This document shows, one piece after another, positions 24,091 to 31,866 of a stretch of DNA of 32,000 nucleotides (positions are counted from its first letter, which is position 1; every line of letters begins with the position of its first letter). Where the stretch lies: positions 1,680,001 through 1,712,000 of the forward strand of contig CP178758.1 in assembly GCA_047651235.1 (NCBI GenBank), read 5' to 3'. Made by a program: the position numbers and the translations under genes. Under the pieces are notes generated by a model. The model was given only the letters and a program-made list of their open reading frames with translations. It was not told the origin of the DNA and made no database searches. This DNA comes from Candidatus Electrothrix yaqonensis. Lineage in GTDB: Bacteria > Desulfobacterota > Desulfobulbia > Desulfobulbales > Desulfobulbaceae.

Positions 24091-24948
24091 TTAGGGCTTC
24101 ATCTTTCTGAACGCAGCAATATGGTCTCTGACTTCAGGATCGACCTTGTCATCATCGGCAATCTTGCGCGCCAAGGCCAAACGGCAATCCACTGCATCTT
24201 CCTGTTTTTCTCCCAGCAAGTGTAATCGCTTGAGAATCGCCTTGCCGTTCAGAATCCGATTTACTTGATGCCATTGGTTGACAGGATCATCGTTGTCGTC
24301 ACCGGCAAAACACGCAGCCTTGTTTATTTTTTCATCCAGCTCTACTGAATCAACGCCTTGCTTTTTCAAACTGGTTCGCAAGTCCTGAGACGTGCCCGAT
24401 AACCCGGCCATACTATCGCTGACTTTTTTCTCACCCTTAACATGACAACAGGCATCAGCAGCTGTGAGCACGGTAAATAACTCAACTTCATCTGATGACA
24501 ACGGAATTGGTGCAGGTCGTTCCTGGACATTGCCAAAACGGTCGGCCTTGACGGAGGCAATAATATCCGGTTCCAGCAGCAGGTAGTTTTCTATCTCCCA
24601 GCGACTAAGCACCTTGATATTCTCTCCATATGGCTGACAGGCCCTGAAGTCGCTATCGTCATACTCCCACCAGCACTGCCAATGACGATCTTTCAGCAGA
24701 ACATCGCGGTCAACCAAGCCGACACTTTTAATTCCCTTCTCCTTGTCATTATTCACTTTCCTGATGACCTGATTACAGCCGCCACCCTGCCCTTTTTCGC
24801 CAGCAGAGCGAAACTCTATATTCTCATCATAAAACCAACGATCGCCAATAATCACCCTGTCTTCTTCGGATTCCAGATAAACAACCACCCGGCTCAGATA
24901 GGATTTCTCTGCGAACTCCGTTGCTGATTTATCTTTGAAGGCCGTCAT
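24091..24948 (-). CDS. DUF4435/Toprim-like protein (AriB-like, OLD-family-type nuclease domain)
   Basis: Acidic Toprim-type motifs are VVVYLESEEDRVI and VGLVDRDVL, followed by WEIENYLLLEP, which is typical of DUF4435. The start is 9 nt after the upstream ATPase stop. Confidence 0.65.
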   Translation of the reverse strand: MTAFKDKSATEFAEKSYLSRVVVYLESEEDRVIIGDRWFYDENIEFRSAGEKGQGGGCNQVIRKVNNDKEKGIKSVGLVDRDVLLKDRHWQCWWEYDDSDFRACQPYGENIKVLSRWEIENYLLLEPDIIASVKADRFGNVQERPAPIPLSSDEVELFTVLTAADACCHVKGEKKVSDSMAGLSGTSQDLRTSLKKQGVDSVELDEKINKAACFAGDDNDDPVNQWHQVNRILNGKAILKRLHLLGEKQEDAVDCRLALARKIADDDKVDPEVRDHIAAFRKMKP

Positions 24949-24957
24949 ACTCGAACA

Positions 24958-26124
24958 TTACTCCATGTTCTCTTCTATAATTTCGCCACCCTTACGTAAT
25001 CCCTTTTCTTTATGCTCAAACCCGAAGGCCCGCAGCATTTCTATGGAATGCGTGGCAAGAATAATGGTGATTCCCGGATATTCCTGAGCAAACTCGCGCA
25101 ACTGTTTCATCAGGCGTTTCTGCCAGTTCGGGTGGAGATGAATTTCCGGCTCATCAATCAGGATAATAGAATTGCGGGTGCAGTGCGCCCCAATACGCAG
25201 GAAGAGCTGGACCAAGTTCTTTTCTCCACTGCTCAACCGGTCCAGTCCATGCTCCTGGCCCTTGGAAACAACGATTGCCTCCGGCGGCGTTTTACGTACA
25301 CCTTTGAGAAAGGTCGTGCTGCCCTGAAAGACGCGCTTATTGATAATATCAACGGCTTTTTCCAGGCGACCATCGTCCAGCCATTTCATCCAGACCAGCA
25401 CGTTATCTAAAGAATTTCCCCAGGATTTGCTGTGGGAAGAAAATTTTCGGACAGGGCTGTAGCCCCAATAATCAGGTTCGGAAATCCGTCGCCTTTGCGA
25501 GGTTATCTTCGGAATGTTGCGGTATGCACTGAAGTGGAGTAAGGTCGGAAGTCCACAAGAACTTATCTCAAAATTATCCGGGTCAGCCCCTTCCCGCTGG
25601 CGGAACAGCGTTTGTATTTTTTTTCTTGTGACATGATTCTGAGATATAAAACGAAAGGTTCCTTTCGCTCTCCATTGAAATCCTCTTTTTTCCTGTCGCT
25701 CCGCCCCATGCTTGTGCAAATCTTCGTCGCTCCAGACAAAAAGACGATCTTCGGAAAATTTACCAGTCTCATCAGAAAAATTCCCGGCCAACAAGGAAAG
25801 AACTATATTTCGAGGTGTATTATCATCTTCAACGACCTGTACAAGTATATCCCATTGAACAGCAAGCTCTCCGTTGTCCAAGCCCTCCACGCCGCAAGAG
25901 GTCATTTCTTCCTTGCCAAGCATCCCCATAAGAGCTGTCATAATCTCCAGCACGGTTGTTTTCCCCCTGCCGTTTTCTGACATAAGGAGAAAAACATTGC
26001 ATGGCTTTCCCTCTTCATCTGTGAAGTCTATCTCATAGGGATTCTCTGGAAACGGTCCGTTTCCTTCGATTCGGAGGCGTAGAGGTTGGAAGGCATTGAT
26101 GACTGGAATGGTTATTTTATCCAT
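24958..26124 (-). CDS. ABC/SMC-type ATPase of the AAA_15/AAA_21 group (AriA-like)
   Basis: Walker A ENGRGKTTVLE, signature LSSGEKNLVQL, Walker B IILIDEPEIHLHP and H-loop ILATHS. About 250 aa are inserted between Walker A and the signature. Confidence 0.75.
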   Translation of the reverse strand: MDKITIPVINAFQPLRLRIEGNGPFPENPYEIDFTDEEGKPCNVFLLMSENGRGKTTVLEIMTALMGMLGKEEMTSCGVEGLDNGELAVQWDILVQVVEDDNTPRNIVLSLLAGNFSDETGKFSEDRLFVWSDEDLHKHGAERQEKRGFQWRAKGTFRFISQNHVTRKKIQTLFRQREGADPDNFEISSCGLPTLLHFSAYRNIPKITSQRRRISEPDYWGYSPVRKFSSHSKSWGNSLDNVLVWMKWLDDGRLEKAVDIINKRVFQGSTTFLKGVRKTPPEAIVVSKGQEHGLDRLSSGEKNLVQLFLRIGAHCTRNSIILIDEPEIHLHPNWQKRLMKQLREFAQEYPGITIILATHSIEMLRAFGFEHKEKGLRKGGEIIEENME

Positions 26125-26146
26125 TAACCTTTTAATTCTATTTGCA

Positions 26147-28156
26147 TTATGAAGCTACAGGTATTTGAACCTCTTTAAGGCTCACTGCGCTATTCGCAAT
26201 AGAAATCTCAACTAATTCGTTCGCCGTTTTCTCTTTAGCAAAAAGAGCCTCTCGTTCTAATTTGAGTTTTTCATCGATAAAATTATGCCTGAGTTCAAAC
26301 TCTGTAAATATCTCACTCCATGTTTTTGCATAAAATTTTATTCTTCCGTTATCTTGATATAGTAGCAGCCCTTTTTCTCCGTGAGGTTTATTTGTCTCTA
26401 TTTGTACTTCAATAAAACCAGATGTATCGAACCGTTTCCCAACAAGATAAAATTTCCACGTAATGTTGGAAGCATTAAACTCAGGCTGTTTCTTTATAAC
26501 GTCAATATATCGAAGAACCTGAAGATATTCTTTTTGTCCCAGGTTAATTCGATTATGCTTCAACTCAACAACTACATTTTCAATTGTATCGGTCAATTTA
26601 TTTTGCCGACATGCGAAAATATCCATCTCTCTATTTTTATCGAGATGTTCGATTTTCCGGTCATAAATGGTTCCTGATATTTCGTAAACATATCGCCTTA
26701 ATGCTTCCTCAAACTTAGGTTCAGCCGCCGTAACAAGATGATATTGCTCTCCAAAAAACCAATAATTATTTTCTATCAACGTCTGCAAATGATTAACTTC
26801 ATTTGCTTTCAAATCGCTATTAAAAACTAATTCTTTCAAGATGTAATAGGTTCTATATCTATCCTCAATCAATTTGATTGTAGAAATAATTCTATTCAAC
26901 CTTGTTGACTTAAAAAGACCTGCAAGCTCCTCTCTTACTTCCGACTCTAAACTTGCCACTTCTTCCAAAATAGTGAGAATATGCTCACGCTCATTTGAAT
27001 CCAGCAGTAAATCTAAAAATCTAACAAAAGTTTTCTTTTGTTCTAAGTTGAGATTAGAAAATATTTTTGGCTGAACTTCATATAAACTAATTATAGTATC
27101 CTTCAATTCATTTTTGCGGAGTACATCCCAATCATTTTTATATTCTGGAAGAATACCATTCTTCTCAAACTCTTCGACCATTGCAAGAGCATAATCTCTC
27201 AAATAAGGCTTTCTTTTTAACCTTAAATAGTTACCAAGCTCTTTATGTAAGAATTTATATTCAACAGAATTCCTTGCCTTTGTAAAAAGAGACAATTGAG
27301 TAGAATCCTCGTTTGAGGAAAAATCAAAATCTTTAAAAAAATCACTAACAATAAAAACACTATGATAGAAATGATCTCCTTTTCTATTCATAGTTGTATA
27401 CCTCTTAAATATCTCTTTCTGAGAGCTATCAAGATAATAAAATCTTGAATATTCTTTATTTAATGGTTCTCGCCATTGAAAAAAACGTATCCCAAAAAAA
27501 GTCTTTTCTTCGAAGTTAAGTTCAAACTCATCGTTATCACATATAAGCTGTTCATAGTCTATCGGCTCCCCATTCACTATCAATCTGTAATCTTTTGATT
27601 TATTCAACTCGAGAAACCAACAAAATTCTTTCTTTAAATATGGAATAATGTCTCCTTCCATATCATTCTGGCTTATAGTAAGGTTATTAAAAATTACTGT
27701 GGTACCTGACCTAGATTCTTCTTTCTTATTTTTTTCTACTTGATACCTTTTTAGATCCCAAGCACTAACGCTTATCACCCCACTTGTTATTCCACCATTT
27801 TCATAAGCAGTATGCCATTCGGCATGATCAGCAAAGGTGAAAAAGGTTAGCCTTCCTACTCCATTTTTTCCATGTAGTATAGACGAATGCTTAGGAGATT
27901 GAATCTGTATTGTCTTCTCTGAGTCATAAAATTTATCAAATTTCTCTTTTAAATTATCAAGATCTATCCCGTGTCCATCATCTTTTATTGAAAGCTGCTC
28001 TATTACCCCAAGCTTGTCCAACTCATAATTGATTTCTACTGTTCTTGCTTTTGCGTCAAATCCATTCCATATATATTCGGCCACTCCGTGGTAACATTTA
28101 TACCTTTTAAGGACTTTCTTGATCCCTGAAGATGTTATTTTAACGTCTCGTTTCAT
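26147..28156 (-). CDS. GHKL (Bergerat-fold) ATPase fused to a C-terminal PD-(D/E)xK, DUF4263/Shedu-like nuclease module (669 aa)
   Basis: N box E27-x3-N31-x2-D34 (VAEYIWNGFDAKA), G1 DDGHGI, G2 GKNGVGRLTFF, then SGTTVIF. The C-terminus reads NYWFFGEQYHLV...MDIFAC...VVVELKH...EYLQVLRY (D...ExK...Q..Y). Sampled 60-nt lines are about 27-35% G+C. Confidence 0.7.
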   Translation of the reverse strand: MKRDVKITSSGIKKVLKRYKCYHGVAEYIWNGFDAKARTVEINYELDKLGVIEQLSIKDDGHGIDLDNLKEKFDKFYDSEKTIQIQSPKHSSILHGKNGVGRLTFFTFADHAEWHTAYENGGITSGVISVSAWDLKRYQVEKNKKEESRSGTTVIFNNLTISQNDMEGDIIPYLKKEFCWFLELNKSKDYRLIVNGEPIDYEQLICDNDEFELNFEEKTFFGIRFFQWREPLNKEYSRFYYLDSSQKEIFKRYTTMNRKGDHFYHSVFIVSDFFKDFDFSSNEDSTQLSLFTKARNSVEYKFLHKELGNYLRLKRKPYLRDYALAMVEEFEKNGILPEYKNDWDVLRKNELKDTIISLYEVQPKIFSNLNLEQKKTFVRFLDLLLDSNEREHILTILEEVASLESEVREELAGLFKSTRLNRIISTIKLIEDRYRTYYILKELVFNSDLKANEVNHLQTLIENNYWFFGEQYHLVTAAEPKFEEALRRYVYEISGTIYDRKIEHLDKNREMDIFACRQNKLTDTIENVVVELKHNRINLGQKEYLQVLRYIDVIKKQPEFNASNITWKFYLVGKRFDTSGFIEVQIETNKPHGEKGLLLYQDNGRIKFYAKTWSEIFTEFELRHNFIDEKLKLEREALFAKEKTANELVEISIANSAVSLKEVQIPVAS

Positions 28157-28244
28157 AGATCCTATCCATCTTTCCTTTCACCGCCAAGCCCCCAAAAACA
28201 CAAACAACCCACTTAACTTCAGAGTATTACAAAGCAATCACAAA

Positions 28245-28997
28245 TCATTCTTCCCCCAACTCCGCTATCTCATCCACCGACAACCCAGTAGCCTCAGCCA
28301 CAAACTCACGAGTAACACCTTTCCGTAGCAAATTCTTTGCAACGAGCCGCGTTGCCTCCTTGGCCCCTTCCTCAATCATCCTGGCCCGCTCCTCCGGCGA
28401 AAGATGATCTCGCCGGATGGATTCAAACAGCTTCTGAATAACCCCTTCAGGATACTGACTCTCATCCACCTCTTCATCAAGGGTATCATTAATGGCCCGC
28501 AACCATTCCCGATACGGCTCCGGTGTTTCCTTGAAAACGTATTTTGGACAGAGATAAATGACTTTATGGGAAATTTCGCCGAGCGGATTACCTGCCAGAT
28601 CATGTGGATCAAAATCAACCACTGCAATATCCCGCTGATGGCGGTCGCTGGAGGTGAGGACAACCACAGTATACACCGTCAGGGGAGGACGATAATTTTT
28701 AGAGCTTGCAACCTGTTCCAGCAGAGCCGCGCAATGATAATAGAGAAAACGATCATAATGATCGTTGGTCCGGGCATGTTGGATATCGACAATAAGCCGA
28801 TGCTCATTGTCTTCCGCAAAGAGATCAAAGCGGGGTTTGACGTAGCCAATGGGTGGATCAAATTCCTTTTCTGTCTCCACACGGTCAAAGCTGACAGGCC
28901 GACCGATCATAGCCTGGGCAAAGGCAGTGAAAATCTCCGGGTCGCAGAAGGCCTTCTTAAAAACAACACCGTATTTCAAAGATGCTACTTTCTTCAT
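28245..28997 (-). CDS. Rpn-family PD-(D/E)XK nuclease ('putative transposase', PDDEXK_2-like), full length
   Basis: LKYGVVFKKAFCDPEIFTAFAQAMI N-terminus, FDLFAEDNEHRLIVDIQH nuclease core and a helical C-terminal tail. It lies 88 nt upstream of the GHKL gene on the same strand. Confidence 0.7.
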   Translation of the reverse strand: MKKVASLKYGVVFKKAFCDPEIFTAFAQAMIGRPVSFDRVETEKEFDPPIGYVKPRFDLFAEDNEHRLIVDIQHARTNDHYDRFLYYHCAALLEQVASSKNYRPPLTVYTVVVLTSSDRHQRDIAVVDFDPHDLAGNPLGEISHKVIYLCPKYVFKETPEPYREWLRAINDTLDEEVDESQYPEGVIQKLFESIRRDHLSPEERARMIEEGAKEATRLVAKNLLRKGVTREFVAEATGLSVDEIAELGEE

Positions 28998-29055
28998 TCA
29001 TACGTACCAGGCTGAATTCAAGAGAGAAACACTGCCCAAAATATCCAAAAAACAA

Positions 29056-29673
29056 TCACCCCTTCCGCATCAAGGCCGGATAATCCTCGCGCAGGAAATT
29101 ATGGAGCAGCACCGGCCCAACACCGGTCATGATGGATTCGGGATGAAACTGCACGCCCTCCACATTCAGGGTCTTATGGCGTATACCCATCAACTCACCT
29201 TGATCTGTATGAGCTGTAACCTCAAGGCAATCCGGCAGAGTGGATTCCTCCACCACCAACGAATGATAGCGCATTCCGTCAAAAGGATTATCCAGACCGT
29301 AGAACACCCCGCGACCATCGTGGTGCATGGGACTGGTCTTGCCGTGCATCACCCTACCCGCCCGGATTACCTTACCACCAAAGGCCTCGCCGATGGATTG
29401 GTGCCCAAGACAAACACCGAGGATAGGAATCTTGCCGCTAAAATACTGAATAGCCTCCACAGAGATTCCCGCTTCCTTGGGGGTGCAGGGACCAGGGGAA
29501 ATCAGCAAGCGGTCCGGTGCCATATCAGCAATTTCCTGCACCGTGATCTTATCGTTGCGAAAGACCCGGATATCCGGCTGCTGCCAGTCCGCAGGCGCAC
29601 CCGGAGGGGCGGCAGCAAGGGTCTGGACAATATTAAAGGTAAACGAATCGTAGTTATCAATAAGAACAATCAC
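29056..29673 (-). CDS. trpG: anthranilate synthase component II (glutamine amidotransferase, TrpG/PabA)
   Basis: IVLIDNYDSFTFNIVQ, the catalytic ILGVCLGHQ, and FHPES. GTG start 2 nt after the trpE stop. Confidence 0.9.
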   Translation of the reverse strand: MIVLIDNYDSFTFNIVQTLAAAPPGAPADWQQPDIRVFRNDKITVQEIADMAPDRLLISPGPCTPKEAGISVEAIQYFSGKIPILGVCLGHQSIGEAFGGKVIRAGRVMHGKTSPMHHDGRGVFYGLDNPFDGMRYHSLVVEESTLPDCLEVTAHTDQGELMGIRHKTLNVEGVQFHPESIMTGVGPVLLHNFLREDYPALMRKG

Positions 29674-29675
29674 GG

Positions 29676-31181
29676 TTAGATCCCCTGTTCAGCAAGTTCT
29701 ACAGCCCGGCGTAAGCCTTTGGCCTTGTTGACCGTTTCCTCGAATTCTTTTTCCGGCACAGAGTCGGCCACAATCCCAGCCCCGGCCTGAATCCAGATAT
29801 CGTTCCCCTTCATCACAAAAGTGCGGATGGTGATGCAGAAATCCATGTTGCCGGAAAACCCAAAATACCCCACTGCCCCGGCATAGGGGCCGCGCCGTGC
29901 CGGTTCCAGCTCGTCGATGATCTCCATTGCCCGGATCTTGGGTGCCCCGCTGACTGTCCCGGCCGGGAAACAGGCCTCCAGCACGTCAAACTGATCCTTG
30001 CCCTCTGCCAGTCTGCCGTGGACCCCGGAAACAATATGCATAACATGGCTGTACTGCTCAACCACCAACAGATCACCAGTAGCTACTGAGCCGCCTGCCG
30101 CCACCCGGCCCACATCATTACGCCCCAAGTCCACCAACATCAGATGCTCGGCCCGTTCTTTGGGATCCGCCAGTAGCTCCTCTTCCAGCTCCTTGTCCTC
30201 CTGCGGGGTTGCGCCCCGCTTCCGGGTTCCGGCAATGGGCCGCAGCTCTATCTCGCCGTCTTCCAGACGCACCAGAATTTCCGGCGAGGAACCGATCAAA
30301 ATGATATCGTCCAGACGCAGGTAGAACAGATAGGGACTGGGATTGATATGGCGCAGGGATCGGTAGAGGAGAAAGGGATCCAGCTCGGTTTTGGTCTGAA
30401 AGCGTTGAGACAACACCACCTGAATGATATCACCGGCCAGAATGTATTCCTTGGCCCGCTCCACCATAGCGGAAAAGGTCGGCTCATCCATATTGGAGGT
30501 GAAGGTGTGCGCCGGGCAGCCGCCCGCGTGTGCTGCCAACGAAGCAGGTAACGGCCCTCTGATCTGCTCGATAATTTTATTGATACGCCTGCAGCCGTCC
30601 TCATAGAGCGCGGTGCTGTCCGCCCTGCCCTCTTCTTTGTCAGGCACAACATTACAAACCACGGTCAGGGTTTGATTGACCGAATCGTGGATCAGTACCA
30701 GCCGGGGGACAATAAAGGAGGAATCCGGCATATCAAGGGGCGGATGCTGATCCGGCATTTTCTCGATAAAACGGATCATATCATAGCCGAGGAATCCGAC
30801 AGCGCCGCCGTAGAAACGGGGCAGGCCCGGTGCGGTGCTGGCGTTGAAGGAGGTCAGCAGATCCCGCAGTGCCTGAAACGGATTCACGCCCTCCCGGACA
30901 TCCTCAGTCTCAGCCTCAATCTTGGAACTGGCTCTTCGCAGAGTGACCGTGCTTCCGGCAGAAGAAAAAGACAGCAGCGGGTCCAGTCCGATAAAAGAAT
31001 ACCGACCCCACTTTTCCCCGCCTTCCATGGATTCAAACAGGAAGGCGTGCTCTTCCTTTTCTGCGACCTTGGCAAAAATGGTCAGCGGGGTGTCGAGGTC
31101 CGCGACAATCGTCCGATGCAGCGGAACAAGCCCGGCCTGCTCCAGCATCGCGGCAAATGCTTCCTGATCAGGAGAATACAT
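29676..31181 (-). CDS. trpE: anthranilate synthase component I
   Basis: LFESMEGGEKWGRYSFIG, PSPYLFYL, GAGIVADSVPEKEFEET and other chorismate-binding motifs. Start taken at MYSPDQ (31181). Confidence 0.9.
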   Translation of the reverse strand: MYSPDQEAFAAMLEQAGLVPLHRTIVADLDTPLTIFAKVAEKEEHAFLFESMEGGEKWGRYSFIGLDPLLSFSSAGSTVTLRRASSKIEAETEDVREGVNPFQALRDLLTSFNASTAPGLPRFYGGAVGFLGYDMIRFIEKMPDQHPPLDMPDSSFIVPRLVLIHDSVNQTLTVVCNVVPDKEEGRADSTALYEDGCRRINKIIEQIRGPLPASLAAHAGGCPAHTFTSNMDEPTFSAMVERAKEYILAGDIIQVVLSQRFQTKTELDPFLLYRSLRHINPSPYLFYLRLDDIILIGSSPEILVRLEDGEIELRPIAGTRKRGATPQEDKELEEELLADPKERAEHLMLVDLGRNDVGRVAAGGSVATGDLLVVEQYSHVMHIVSGVHGRLAEGKDQFDVLEACFPAGTVSGAPKIRAMEIIDELEPARRGPYAGAVGYFGFSGNMDFCITIRTFVMKGNDIWIQAGAGIVADSVPEKEFEETVNKAKGLRRAVELAEQGI

Positions 31182-31275
31182 GTTTATCCTCTCACAACAG
31201 TACAATCAAAGTATAACCAAAAGAACCCGCCTCACGTTCACGGCAATGCACATGGCAATGAACATGGACAGGAAA

Positions 31276-31309
31276 CAAAAAAAGCCACGGAAGACCAGCT
31301 TCCATGGCT
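31276..31309 (-). terminator. intrinsic terminator downstream of rpsT
   Basis: The minus strand reads AGCCATGGAAG-CTGGT-CTTCCGTGGCT (an 11-bp stem with one G-U pair), followed by TTTTTTTG. Confidence 0.8.
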
Positions 31310-31364
31310 CATAACTCTGCTTCGGCAGCCGGAGAATTCCCTGCGAATTCTCTGCGCAGACCGG

Positions 31365-31637
31365 TCAGCTGAGAGGCATCATGCGGTTAACCCGTAAAGT
31401 CAGCCTGGAGATTTTGCGGGACGCAGTCTTTTTGTGAATAGTCCCCTTACCTGCTGTCTTCTGGATAACGGGAATTGCTGCCTGCAATGCCTCCTGCGCC
31501 GCATCTTCGGCACCGGCCACCAATGCCTCTTCAACCCGGCGGACCGCAGTATGCATTCTTGATTTATTCATCCGATTCCGCATACGACGCACTTGAGACT
31601 GTCTGTGCCTCTTTAACGCTGATTTGTGATTAGCCAT
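31365..31637 (-). CDS. rpsT: 30S ribosomal protein S20
   Basis: MANHKSALKRHRQSQVRRMRNRMNKSRMHTAVRRVEEAL is a canonical S20 N-terminus. Confidence 0.95.
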   Translation of the reverse strand: MANHKSALKRHRQSQVRRMRNRMNKSRMHTAVRRVEEALVAGAEDAAQEALQAAIPVIQKTAGKGTIHKKTASRKISRLTLRVNRMMPLS

Positions 31638-31774
31638 ACAAACTCCTTGAACTGTCCTTAACTCATTAATCCTGATATATTATTCTGAACTGTTTCCCTG
31701 AGGACAGGTTATGTGCGGCAAAGTATGAAATAACTCTGCACAGCCTGATTACAACCTGATTATTTTGCATATAC

Positions 31775-31803
31775 CGTATAGCGAAATAACGTGCTCCTGT
31801 CAA
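31775..31803 (-). promoter_or_regulatory. candidate sigma70 promoter for rpsT
   Basis: On the minus strand, TTGACA (31803-31798), a 17-nt spacer, then TATACG (31780-31775). This implies a leader of about 130 nt. Confidence 0.45.
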
Positions 31804-31866
31804 CTGTATTTCCGGGAATATGCATTCTGCCCTGCCTTTTCTTTTCAATTTAATCCAGGCTGATTC

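Noticed and set aside
31182-31275. Possible trp leader peptide or attenuator upstream of trpE.
   Set aside because: The only short minus-strand ORF (MFIAMCIAVNVRRVLLVIL) has no Trp codons. I could find no convincing alternative terminator/antiterminator pairings.
30672-31397. 241-aa plus-strand ORF across the trpE 5' end and the rpsT terminator.
   Set aside because: It is antisense to trpE and runs through an intrinsic terminator and an intergenic region. No motifs are present.
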